DNA of 64,000 nucleotides from Azolla caroliniana. Taxonomy: Eukaryota; Plantae; Polypodiophyta. The stretch spans positions 20,336,001 to 20,400,000 of the forward strand of contig JBHGNT010000014.1 in the NCBI GenBank assembly GCA_043228905.1, in the 5' to 3' direction. The notes beneath the pieces were generated by a model. That model saw only the letters and a list, made by a program, of their open reading frames with translations, was not told the DNA's origin and did not search any database. The translations under genes were made by a program, and so were the position numbers. This document shows, in pieces, positions 12,695 to 25,172 of the stretch. Within the stretch, counting starts at the first letter, position 1; the number at the start of each line of letters is the position of its first letter.

Positions 12695-15600
12695 TACACA
12701 CACACACACAAATGCATTTTTACCTTTTGGTTTGTTACCAGCGTTGTTTGCATCACCATTAAAATGATTGTAATATAGCACCTCATCCTCATTGCTTCTA
12801 TGAAAGAGTACTAAACTTCTCTAAACTTTGTAGAAATATTAAATTTCCCCTGTAGACTTAAATGGGAAATATGCCATTCTACCCTCAAAACAAATTTCCA
12901 AAATTCCAAAGATCCTTCCCTTTTCCCCATTTCTAAATGGGGCTCCATTTGTGTTGCATACACAAAAATTGACATGCTAATAATGAGTCCCTTTAAGCAA
13001 TTAGAGGTCCAATTAATGAATTTGGTGCTGCAGTTGACAGGGAGAAAATATGCTGTTTTGACCAATCCAATTAGGCACTAATATGAATCAATTAGTCATT
13101 AATTGTATTCCAAATATTGAATTAGATTGGATGGAGCACCTCAATTGGTTTGATGGTAATCAAAACTGAATGCCATTGGAAAATAGGGCAATTTGGAAAT
13201 TTGTTGAAATATAAAGTCTATTTTGGTAAATTTCTGAAGAAGTAACATTACTAACCTACTTTTAACTACTTTAAGGCATAATAATGCATTTGCGAATCTC
13301 TTCAAATGATTTTAATATTCCAATTTCACACATTAAGTTAAATTAACACAATTTCTCTTGATGTACAACGTTTTCAGATTTTTATTTTCATTAATCAACT
13401 GCTCAGATAATTTTACGCGTTCCTATGATTTGGAATAGAGTTGAGTGCGACTTGTGTTTTGATGATATGCAATTGGCATTTGTTTGAAAGTCTTCTTTCA
13501 CTCTCAATGTGGCTCCTATTTTGTACTTTACTTATGTTAGTGAAATTTAAATTGTTACACTTTTCATATGTGACTAGTTGCTTTACTCATTAATATTCTT
13601 GAAGTGCCTCTGAAAAATTTTCATTGTTTAGGATGGATGAAATGATGCGTGGTCATCGAGGCTGGAGAGAGTTAAACATGTTAAATGGAGACAAGATTAG
13701 TAAAATCAACAATTTCATTGGAGGTCTTATGTCTCCGAAAAGTTCTGAGAACAAGGCAATTGCAGGAAGCAAGGAAAGTGAAGATGAAGAATGGAATTAT
13801 GAACAGGTGCAAGCAAGTACTTCAAAATTCGTTTTTATTCCTTTTCCTTCCATTTCTTTCTCTTTATTGGGCCATGTATTGCATGTTCTTTACAAGTATC
13901 ATATGTACAGTAGTCATGGAACATAATTAATCAATAGATGCATTAGGAGGCAAATTCAGTTTGTAGATTTGCCTAATTAGCAAGTGAGCACAAGCAAGTT
14001 TATACTTAGAAGAGTCAGTGTGATGCATCAGCTGGTTCTTCCAGGAAGACTCATACAAGAAGGTAGTCTTTCCTCAAAGCTTGGGGTGTTGGTGCGTCTC
14101 TCTGATATCTATTTAGGCATCATTGCTTAGAGATATACACTAACAGTGTATTTTATTTGCATCATATGTCTGTGATTTAGCTGCATTTCTTGGCTACAGC
14201 TGTTATGCTTGTTATGCTTTTGATATCCCTCAGAATTTGGTCACATCGCAGTTCTGATCTATTTTGTACAACCCTGTTTTCTTAATAAAAAAGGAGAGGG
14301 AGGCCGTTAACATAGAGATAATGCTGATTAGACAGAGAGTGGAATTCTGGACCGATGTTACAAACAACAGGTCTTCGAGCTGACAGTTGGTTGAAATCTA
14401 TATCCTATTTTTTAACATGTTAGGGGTAATAGACCTTGAATTTGACAGCTGGTTGAGATCTAGAACTTATTTTTAACATGCTAGGGATACTAAATAAAGT
14501 TCAGATGTGAAAACAGTGATTATAGGTTTCCAATAATTTGAACAATTTCAGTCACAGGTAATAAATTGTGATTTTAGTTGAATTGCGAGGTCAAGCAAGT
14601 CATTTCTGTCACTAACATGGGATGGTACATGGCCCTGGTGTTCTGATTGGGTGTCAGCTAAGATCATGGGGACTGGGTTAGGAGGAGAGTTCTACTCTAG
14701 TTGTTCCCTGATCAATTCATTAGCTCCAATTGACAGATTAGGATTTATTGTTATTACAATTATAATTGGCGTAGAAACTATCCTGATTTATGTACTGTTC
14801 TCTATATTGCTGTTATATGTTCGAACACAATCTAACAACTGTAGGATCTTTCAGGGTGCACATTCTGACTTTTCTGGACCAACATCTGGAAGCACAGCTG
14901 TCGTGGCACTTGTAAGAGGTGACAAGATTGTTGTCGCCAACGCTGGTGACTCTCGTTGTGTTCTTGCAAGGGGTGGTAAAGTACGTTTATGTAGAAATGT
15001 ATTCTCTATACATTCATGTTGAAATTCTACTCACATAAATGAGATCAAAAAAATATTATGCAATTTCTGCCCAGGCGTTTGACTTGTCTATTGATCATAA
15101 GCCGGAACTTGAAATCGAAAGAGACAGGATAACACAAGCTGGTGGATTCATTTATGGTGGCAGGGTAAATGGAAGCTTAAATCTGGCAAGAGCTATAGGT
15201 TTGTCTTATATATGTTTATTTAAATTTGACTGATTCTGACAAAATCATGCTTCTCAATTCACAAAGAGCTTTTTGGACAGGTGATGTGGAATTCAAACAA
15301 AACAAATACCTGTCCCCTGAAAAACAGATAGTTACAGCATGGCCAGACATACAAATTGTAAGTGACCTTAAAGAGCTGATACTTTTCAATATGGATTATA
15401 CATTTTATACTTTATAATTTGAAGCTTGTATTCAAATCTACAGTTTTTCTTTCCCTCAATTGGCAGGTAGAGAGAACTGCTGATGATGAATTTCTTATAC
15501 TCGCTTGTGATGGAGTCTGGTAATGATTAATTTCTTACTCTGAATGATTATTATATTTCGAAGTGTGGACCTATGATTTGGAATCGTTTCTTCTTTCTTC

Positions 15601-16692
15601 ATGATGCTTGGATAAATGAGATTCCTGTGAAAAGACTTAAGTACTCATTGCAATTGTTAACAGTGGTAGATTTTCTTGAATACCTTGTTGTCTAGATCAA
15701 TCTCAATATGATATCCTTCTTTATACATGTGAATTTCAGATGCTTGAACAGTGTCAATACCCCAATGTTGATCTCCCGAAGAACAATGTTTAGAAGCATG
15801 AGATAAAGTAATTAGTAGAATTGTACAAGAGCCACCATTTGGTTGTGGGACCTTGGACTGTTTATTGTTTGTCCTGGGAGATGTAGCGTGGCACATTTGG
15901 GGTCTCTCATCATCGGTTCTTTAGTACTTCCCAAATAGTGTGAATATAAAAAAGTTATTATTCAGAAAATACCTCCTTGCAGATATATATTCATGATCCG
16001 TTATCTGGGAGATATATTCAAGACTACAAAGTGAAGTCGGTTGTTGTTACTATATTTTATGTATTAGTTGAATATGCTCAATGCATTGACCTGCCTCATA
16101 GAGCTTTGAGTCTGGAGACTTATCTGCATGCTCTCATCACTGAGTCGTGAAGTTTATAGGTAGAGGCAAGTATCACATTCACACTGGTAAATTGCACTTC
16201 AACTCGCTATGTTATATAGATAGAGAAGGATGTATCTGTCCTTGAATGAATTTCTAGTTTGTGAGGATATCAATTAACATTTCCAGTTTTTATGATCTTG
16301 GTTGAAATAGGCATAGATAGAATTTTTATGTGTAGCATGATGCCGAAGTTCTGACACTCAGTTTTATGTTAGGGATGTCATGACAAGTCAAGCTGCTGTA
16401 GACTTCATTCACCAGCACATGCAAACGGTAATGTCCTTGGAAAATTTCAGGAACATTAATAGTGCTGTTGCTTTTACATCAGGAGAATTGTGAGTCTGAG
16501 GTGTGATGCAACTAAGTCGCCTAATAGTATTCTTACAGCATTCTGGAATGTGATTTATTTGCAAGCCAGGTTCCATCCCTTTCAGCACTATGCGAGAAAC
16601 TTCTGGACCATTGTTTGGCTCCTACCATCACACCTGGTGAAGGCTGTGACAACATGACTATTATTATTGTACAACTGAAGCAGCAGCATTGA
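5255..16692 (+). CDS. Protein phosphatase 2C (PPM family, MGxYLS N-terminus, PPM1G-like plant clade), 10 coding exons, 340 aa
   Basis: Exons are 5255-5371, 6069-6132, 12300-12408, 13632-13806, 14855-14980, 15075-15198, 15281-15357, 15467-15519, 16373-16427 and 16570-16692. All introns are GT-AG and phase-consistent; total 1023 nt. Motifs: [84 protein letters not shown]. An upstream UTR acceptor (ttttccacag) ends at 5224. Confidence 0.95.
6494..7844. repeat. Tandem array, 193-bp unit x7, near-identical, in PP2C intron 2
   Basis: The unit TGTCTGGTCTTTGAGAAC...CTCTAAAGTGAGG starts at 6494, 6687, 6880, 7073, 7266, 7459 and 7652. Only three variable sites were seen. Confidence 0.97.
10177..11880 (-). 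mobile_element. Decayed Ty1/Copia retrotransposon 3' portion (RT, RNase H remnant, candidate 3' LTR 10177-10672), antisense within PP2C intron 2
   Basis: Minus-strand [13 protein letters not shown] matches the Copia RT YVDD motif. RNase H-like fragments TKHIK..NY(V)RE and DIFTK occur across frameshifts. A short purine-rich tract is followed by TGTTA at 10672, with a TATA-like CCTATAAATAG inside and TAACA at 10177. Confidence 0.75.
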
Positions 16693-18426
16693 CAAATGCT
16701 GATTCCTTGGTCTCTTCACAGGTACAGCAAAATTTAGACTCATAATATAGGTACAGAATCCAGGGTGTGTGCTGCCATTTTTCAGCAGTTTGTAGGTGAG
16801 GGTGTTTTGGTAATGGTCATGGCAACACTTCCCTTGTAGAATTGGCTGTATATAATGTGCACATTCTTTGTACCCAGTTTTATTGAGCATGAAATTCTGG
16901 AACCTGTCGATCCATGCCATCCTGTTGTAACACGATTCCAAGTGGAGGAAAAAACAAATAATTTGGTAAAAACACTTAGGGGTATTAGAAATGTTCTCGT
17001 GAATGTATTAATTACTAAGTGGTATTGCTGAAAGAAATTACATGTTACCACTCTTCCATAGACGGTTCTTATGTTTATTGTACATCCAATCATGCAATGC
17101 ATGATATTTATTTATAATATTGCATAACACTATGAAAATCATGTGTCGGAAACAAATCTCTTTAGAACCCTATATCGGATCTTGTACAGAAAATTAGAAT
17201 TTTGGTAAAGGCTAATGGATTCTGGAAAATTCATGTCGTTTAGATACCGAAGGGTAAAACGTTTGACCAAAATAAGAAAAACGCAATATGAGGTTTTCTC
17301 CAGTATTATTCGATTATCTTGTTTGAACCATAACCTGTAGCTAAAAATTGTGTGAGAAACAAGAGGCTGGAAAACCAGCCATATTTTGTTGCAAAGTCCT
17401 ACCTAATTCTAAATCTCCTACAGTTTTGATATTGGCATGAACTGTTTTTACATTGGGATTGAATTACAACTGAAATGTTGGTTGGTAGATTCATCATTAT
17501 AAGTTTTTGGCGAAATATCAGTGGTAACAAACAATATGTGTGCCATACAAAGATGAAGAACACTGAAGGTGAGATGAACCAAGGTTTTTTTTACATTGGA
17601 TGTGAGGGATGAGACTGTATTGGAAGCAATAGACGGTCATGCAATAGTTTAGCCACTAGACTCAGTATGATGTCTCCATCAGTTGGATTATGAGAGAAGA
17701 TTTGTGGGACCTGTACATCTCTCTGACCTAAGATAGCAGCACTGGGAGCCATTCTTGATAAGCATATTTATTGGTAACCTCTGGCCATATATTCGAAATC
17801 TCTTAGATAGTGGTTGTATGACAGACTATTAGACTTTTTAAATTCAGAACAATCCTTTGAAATGTAATTGTGATTAACCTAAAATCAAATTGAATTTGTT
17901 TATCTCCAAAAATACCATGTCATTGCGTAATCCAATATGAAAAAAATCATCGTGATGAGTGGCGGCATCTTTGATGATGGCTTTTATTTTGTAATGATAT
18001 GGGTATAGTTGCTCCACTTGTGTCTCATGTTTGGCATGGGTGTTTGCTTGTAAATGCTAGTGGTATTCTTGTAGCAGAAATTTGTCAAAGTTCCCAACAC
18101 GTGGATATTATCTATTCATTAAAGTTCTCTACTTATAGTGGCTTTAGGAGATCTACCTATTAAAAATTTTGGAATGCGTTTGACATCTGTCTAGATGTAT
18201 CACGCTGATACCACTAATTTGTCAATCTCATTACACCATGTGTGGATGTCACTTAGGGTACAAGTACATTTGGAGATCTATAAACATGGTGTCAACGTAT
18301 TCTTTACAATACATTGTGAACAAAGTATCTTCTTTTGTACACATAGTGTGCAAACTCATTATTGACTTAGCATATGGTTATCGACAATTAAATCCACGCA
18401 TGGGTAAATGAAACATGAATCATAAA

Positions 18427-18490
<64 letters not shown>

Positions 18491-18545
18491 AGGGAGGGAG
18501 GGAGGGAGATTTTATTGGTGTCCTTGAGTCAAAGAGTACAACCTA

Positions 18546-19466
18546 TGTGATCAAAGTAAACCATTTTTACAAATTGGGTGCGGAATTGAATAGAGAGAAG
18601 GAATGCTATGTTAATGTGTGATAGAGGCCAAAAGTCGGCTTATGACATAATTCATGGTTACAAGAATGGGTGAATTCATATCATTCATACTAAAACACTC
18701 ATAAAAACAACAGGTTTGCTAAAGATCCACGATCATTATTTGAATACCTATGTTTTTGAGATGGTTTATAAACCATTGTGATCAAAGTAAACCATTTTTA
18801 CAAATTGGGTGCGGAATTGAATAGAGAGAAGGAATGCTATGTTAATGTGTGATAGAGGCCAATAGTCGGTTTATGACATAATTCATGGTTACAAGAATGG
18901 GTGAATTCATATCATTCATACTAAAACACTCATAAAAACAATAGGTTTGCTAAAGATCCACGATCATTATTTGAATACCTATGTTTTTGAGATGGTTTAT
19001 AAACCATTGTGATCAAAGTAAACCATTTTTACAAATTGGGTGCGGAATTGAATAGAGAGAAGGAATGCTATGTTAATGTGTGATAGAGGCCAATAGTCGG
19101 TTTATGACATAATTCATGGTTACAAGAATGGGTGAATTCATATCATTCATACTAAAACACTCATAAAAACAATAGGTTTGCTAAAGATCCACGATCATTA
19201 TTTGAATACCTATGTTTTTGAGATGGTTTATAAACCATTGTGATCAAAGTAAACCATTTTTACAAATTGGGTGCGGAATTGAATAGAGAGAAGGAATGCT
19301 ATGTTAATGTGTGATAGAGGCCAATAGTCGGTTTATGACATAATTCATGGTTACAAGAATGGGTGAATTCATATCATTCATACTAAAACACTCATAAAAC
19401 AACACGTTTGCTAAAGATCCACGATCATTATTTGAATACCTATGTTTTTGAGATGGTTTATAAACA
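18546..19466. repeat. Tandem array, 231-bp unit x4, near-identical, next to a (GA)n/(GGGA)n tract
   Basis: TGTGATCAAAGTAAACCATTTTTACAAATTGGG starts at 18546, 18777, 19008 and 19239. The GA tract lies at about 18432-18508. Confidence 0.96.
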
Positions 19467-19799
19467 TGATGTGTGCATTGCTAATACGTATGGGAGTGGT
19501 GTGACTGATTGTGACTTCATACCCAAGCTTGGGTGATGGCGGTGAAATAACGCGTTGCGGAAGTGATTAACAAGCGCATTTGGGTGTCGCATTCAAACAT
19601 GCGACACCCAAATGGTGCTTTATAATAGGGTGATGATGAGGACAATGGTGCTTTATATCCTGGTAGTCGCTCTATTGTCATTCTTAACATTCCTTTGCTC
19701 GCTCTATTGTGACTCCTCAAGCATGTCGTTCATGGAGGTGACGAGCTACGGAACAAATCAGTGTCAAGCGATATTTATTTGTCGTTACACCGGCGTATT

Positions 19800-21350
19800 G
19801 ATGCAAGGGTTCTATTATACCGTATGCTTTCGGAGAAGTTGAGCAACATTTGGCCAATGTGTAGTGGGTTAGCCTTCTCCATCTTTTGTCAAATAGTGGT
19901 AAATTTCCATGTCCAAGTATGTAGAGGGTTATCTGGTTGAAATCTGGGTACCTATTAAATGCTTATTGCGTAGGGTGGTACAAGTTTCTTTGCTCGCTAT
20001 ATCTTTCCATCTCCCCTTCACCGTAATTTGGAGAATCTTTCAACCCTAGGTGCGCGAAGGCGCTCGTCCTTCCTTTATCTGTGTTGGCCTATTGCTTCGC
20101 AAACACTCTAGGACCTACAGATGTCCGTGTACCTCGATCTCTCTATGAATCCATGCTTTGAAAAGCTCGTGCTCCTTGTATTAAGCGAATAGATGTCGAA
20201 TAAATTCTAAGCATACTTTGTGTGTTTTGGGGCTCTTGAAAGTGTAAAATGGTGGCATTGTTGTTCTAACATTTCTAGAATTCGTATATCCTCCAGCCAG
20301 TCAATATTTGGTGTCTTGGCTAATAGAGAAGCATATGCTCGTGCTTGGATATGTCATTCCAAGATATATAGGCATGATTCAATTTCTTCAAACTTACCCT
20401 TTTCATAGGGCAAGAACTTATCAACTAGTTAGCACATATGTGCGAAATCGGAAAGATCATAACAGTAATCCTTCCTAGGTTTATTGCAAGCATTTATTTG
20501 AAGCAAAAAGAATCAAGAGCATTAATATGATGTTGTAGACCTATATGAGATTCAAAGACCAAGACTATGCCATCACATGAAGGGGTGTACTTGATATGTT
20601 GATCCTCAACTCCACATGGGTTCAAGTCAACACCACATATAATGCTTACTTCACACCAAGGGTGTTTGTGATTACCTTGGAAACCAGATCTTTTATGTTT
20701 TTCATCTCATTTCCTCTTTTATCAACATTTGAAAGTGCTGATATCCTACCTAAGTGTTATGTCTTTCATCTCATTTCCTCCTTTATCAACATTTGAAAGT
20801 GTTGATATCCTACCTTAAGTGTTATGTCTTTCATCTCATTTCCTCCTTTATCAACATTTGAAAGTGTTGATATCCTACCTTAAGTGTTATGTCTTTCATC
20901 TCATTTCCTCTTTCACTGCATTGGAATGTGAGAACCTATGGTTCATGTACAAGGGCTTATGGTCTTAGACTCTTAGTCAAGAGATAAGAGGACAAATTTT
21001 AAATTGATTCACCATGGATAGATTATATGCCTTCATTAATGCATAAACTATCACACTTCCTTTACCTGAAGATGGTAAACATGGGAGTACATTTGTCAAA
21101 GGAAAAACATTTACTCCACTTAGGACAATCAAGCATGTGTAAGTATCCTTTATAGTCATCCATCATGATACAAAGGCCTTCATTTTGAGGGTATGGATTG
21201 GGGATTTGCCATATGGAAACACACTAAGGAAATGTGACTAGCAACATGCAAATGCTTCTTTTTCATTGTTCAAGTGGAGATAGAGCTCATATCATATTGT
21301 GCACATTTGGTTGCGAGAGAAAGACAGGTCTTGTCAATGTATGGAGGAGA
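19800..21350 (-). mobile_element. Heavily decayed LINE (non-LTR retrotransposon) ORF2 fragments
   Basis: Minus-strand LIVLSGVNVFPLTNVLPCLPSSGKGSVIVYAL (about 21000-21150) resembles the APE endonuclease end motif lilNG...fTc...g.SviDY. FEEIES.LYLG and MLEQQCH.LHFQEP-like fragments (about 20200-20400) resemble post-RT LINE sequence. There are many stops and frameshifts. Confidence 0.5.
20693..20913. repeat. Tandem repeat, about 65-bp unit x3.4
   Basis: TTATGTCTTTCATCTCATTTCCTCCTTTATCAACATTTGAAAGTG... starts at 20693, 20757, 20822 and 20887. Confidence 0.9.
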
Positions 21351-21845
21351 CCAAGGGTGACAGAAAGAATGCAAAGTTCAACAAATTAATATCGGCAAAT
21401 TCTCTGCATCTATTGACTCTTCAATAGACTGGCAAGCTACAATGTTATTGGCAAAATCTATGCATATAAGTAACATGCATCTATTGACACCCCATGTACT
21501 AGATGTTAAGTAGAATATTATTGGCAAATCGTGTCAAGTAAACCTTGTCTGGAGCACATTATCAAGTCATCTGTCTTAGAATCTGCTTTCATGCAATTGG
21601 TGCCAACTATTTAAAGATAAAAGCCACAAATTATCTATACCATAATGAAAAGACAAATACATTGTCAATTACTTCCTCAAAACACCCTTGTAAACAAGCC
21701 ATTCCAGGGCAATGCCAAATTTCAACAACTCTTGAGCAAGAAAACATAGTAATAGCTTACACATGTAATGCATACATCGTGGATGCCTTGCATCCATTGT
21801 ACGGTCATTAGAGTCATCATTAACAGTCTAATAGATACAAAACCA

Positions 21846-22235
21846 TGAAAGGAATTAATTGATTATGAAAACATGGTTTAACTAATCACAAACCAGTAAA
21901 TTTATCACCCACGAATAATTTGAATCTAAAAATTGGAAAGTATCACTACAAGATTCAAATAGAAGCACTTAATTGATTATGAAAACATCATTTAACTCAT
22001 ATCGTCATCGTCAACAAGTAAAACTATCAACCCTGCATAAATTGAAAGGAATTAATTGATTATGAAAACATGGTTTAACTAATCACAAACCAGTAAATTT
22101 ATCACCCACAAATAATTCGAATCTAAAAATTGGAAAGTATCACTACAAGATTCAAATAGAAGCACTTAATTGATTATGAAAACATCATTTAACTCATATC
22201 GTCAACAAGTAAAACTATCAACCCTGCATAAATTG
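21846..22235. repeat. Tandem duplication, about 197 bp x2, with internal sub-repeat
   Basis: TGAAAGGAATTAATTGATTATGAAAACATGG... starts at 21846 and 22043. TTAATTGATTATGAAAACA occurs twice per unit. Confidence 0.9.
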
Positions 22236-22681
22236 GAATGTAAAAACTGGAAAATATCAGTACAAGATTTTTGTACTGTAGCACAAATCTTAGCTAATGG
22301 CAGATAGACAACAAAAAAATGGCCTCACCCACAGAATAACAAGGCATGCATAACACAAAACATTAGAATATCAAAACTGTAACCTCTGCACTCAGTAGCA
22401 TATGTATATATTATTGAAAATCTGAAGACTATTAACTTCACATTGGTAAATTACATCATTCATACGTGAAGTTATGGCCCTCATCATGAATCCTTGCAGC
22501 AGAAAAACAAACAATCGCTGACAAAGTTATTTTGCATTGCCAGGAAAGTCGAAAAGACTTTCACTCATTTACAGAACAATGCATTGTACCCCTAAAAAGC
22601 AACTAGGAGATGTATGTACAAAAATACCAAAATTGTTTTCATTCCAATCAAAAAAGAAAAACAATAATTTGCAGCAGCATA

Positions 22682-25057
22682 CTACTTTGCTTCTTTTAAG
22701 CCAAACCTGAAAACCAGATAAAAGAACCCGAAATTTAGTCAAGGCACAGCCCAAATATCGTTGAAAATGATTGTTTTTTCTATTATATGAGCTATTACTT
22801 AGATTTTGACTATGCTGCTTCTAATATGACAAGTACACAAATTTTCTATTGAAAGAGAGTCATACCTTTGATGCATGGGACTGTAAGGCAATGCCTTGGA
22901 AATTGTAGCAACATAATTGAAAACTGAGGTTTGGAAACTAACATCAACTGATGTATTGATTTCATCAGCTGTGGAAGCTCTTAGCCAAACATTCCTGCCA
23001 CCAATGAGAGTAAGAAAAATAAAAACTACGATTACAACATGTCACCCATAAAAGATCAAATTATCGAGTTACAAGGATAATATTTTGGACATGCATTACA
23101 TTCACTGGCTGGAATTAAAATGATGTAACATACATAACAAAAATTGAGTTTTTGGGTTAGATGGACAATTTAAAGCACATATGGCTTACCAAGGATTCAC
23201 ATTAAGCTCATCTGTTGGAATCAGCATCATGAACTCCCGAAACTGACCGTACTTTATTGATCCATTTGCGTCAGCACCTAAAAATTTCATCATAGAAGTA
23301 ATATTCGCTTCTGTTGCAACAAGACCCGTTTTTTTCAGCGACTCCCTAAGATTCTCTCTGTGAAGTGTGCCAGATTTGCTAACACCAAGAGAGTTGAAAA
23401 GGTTAACCATAATTGGCTCTTTCTCCTGCAAAACAGATGAGAATTCTGACCATCCAAAGGACTTGATTGGCCATATTCTACCATTACTTTGCATCAACTT
23501 CTGTGCATAACAGTTTGGAAGGTTCATCTTGGACATGGCAATTTTTAAATCACTCAGTGTCACTTTTCCATCTGCATTAAGATCAAGTTTTTCAAATGTG
23601 CGTCTTCCTGGACCATAGAATATACACACTTAAATGTTAGTATGGGAACAGAACTATTTATTTTAAAAACGCCGTTATGCAACCGACTTCACATAGATAT
23701 TTTAATTGCGATAGAAAATTTTATTTATATCATGCATGGGTTCAATGAACTCAATGCGCATTTACCCCATTTAGGAGAAGGTTTAAGGAGCATTTTTCTA
23801 AATTTGACTCGTCACATCTTGGATGACAAGGATTGCATGAAAGCAAGCACACATTTCACATATTTACTGTTAAGCGTAGAAGGATATATATTTTATAACC
23901 ATGGTGCATTCAAATTCACAATCACGAGAAGAAAAATATATTTTTTCCGTGGCTAAAATTCCAGAGGAAGATTACCATGCATGCCGTCAGACTTCTATAG
24001 TTGCATATTTAAGTAGATCCACAGTCAGACATCCAATCATGGATTTAAAAGAATGATATGACCTCTAATTGAACACGTAAGCACGACTCAAATCACATTA
24101 GACTCCTATTTAGTTGATATTCAATCAAAAGCCATCCTAACACAATAATTATTAAAATTTCCAAGAAAAAGGATTTCTTTAGAAAAAAATAGTGGTACCT
24201 TCATGTTCAGTATACATAAAGAAATCTTGTACTGAATTGAGCATTTCTTTATCAGGAAAATCTTGTTGCTTCTGGGATCTTACTGCATGTGGAATCAGCT
24301 CACCATATGCTTTGAGAGACATTCTATGCATCAATGCAAGTGGAGTCTTCTCTATCTGATTGCTATCTTTGAATTTTTTGATGCCTAAATCCACCATCAT
24401 CTCATTCTTAAAAAAATTGTTTGTACATATTATCCCTGGTTCGCCTTGTAATCGAGCATATGCTGAGGAATTATAAACCATTGGCTTTGCTTGAATAGCA
24501 TCCATTAGTGTAGACACTAAATTTCCCCTTTCATTGGGGGAAGTCATTAAAAATATTCCAAACCATAGACCTATCTCAAGATATTTACATTGAAGTATTT
24601 CTGAATCTAAGCCAGAACCCGCTACTTGACTTTTGAAACGTGGCTTATTTGAAATGGAAGAAAGTATGTGTCTTTCTAATGGTGGCAAAGAAGCTTCGAG
24701 CTTATCTTCACCCACATTAGAAGAACTCTTCTTCTTCCTCTTCTTCTTCTTCTTCTCTTGAAGAGTGAAACCAGATTTGATATCTCTCTCATGGAAGAGA
24801 CTCGCCTTACTCATAGCATGGGAGAGAATCTTAAAGGTCTTTTGCATCCAAGGAGCTTTCAATTTGAGGAGAGATGGAGTAATAATATCAGGAAGTGAGG
24901 CATTGCAAAAACAATCCATTTTTGTAGTTTCTTTAGCATTATAATCACACTCTGCTGATGGTTTGAACCCTTTCAACACTAAGATTCCGGGAAGAATGGC
25001 CTTTTCCTTCCTCTTTGTAATATCTCTATTTCTGTTGCTAAATTGAATATTAGCCAT
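22682..25057 (-). CDS. EF-hand protein related to the N-terminal half of the plant At2g35800-type (SAMTL) mitochondrial substrate carrier; carrier domain apparently absent; about 476 aa
   Basis: Exons are 25057-24199, 23607-23190, 22994-22866 and a probable terminal exon 22706-22682 (RFGLKEAK*). The spliced sequence FPDKEMLNSVQDFFMYTEHEGRRTFEKLDLNADGKVTLSDL...SFGWSEF...KEP...LGVSKSGTL...MMKFL...SIKYGQFREFMMLIP...NVW tracks the recalled family pattern YTEAEGRRFFEELDRDGDGQVTLEDL...SFGWKQF...SISYGHFRNFM. The last exon is the least certain. A probable 5' UTR exon ends at a GTATGT donor near 26310. Confidence 0.8.
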
Positions 25058-25101
25058 AGAACTTTTCTGGATTGAGTTTAATTCACTTCCGTCTCTCTCC
25101 C

Positions 25102-25104
<3 letters not shown>

Positions 25105-25170
<66 letters not shown>

Positions 25171-25172
25171 TC
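25105..25172. repeat. (CT)n/(GA)n microsatellite about 50 bp upstream of the EF-hand gene start codon
   Basis: Read directly. Other GA/CT tracts lie at about 3447-3489, 3980-4000, 18432-18483, 31892-31928 and 48775-48817. Confidence 0.95.

Noticed and set aside
21944-22150. CACTACAAGA as a CACTA transposon terminus
   Set aside because: Both occurrences belong to one direct duplication. No inverted partner, subterminal repeats or 3-bp TSD were found.
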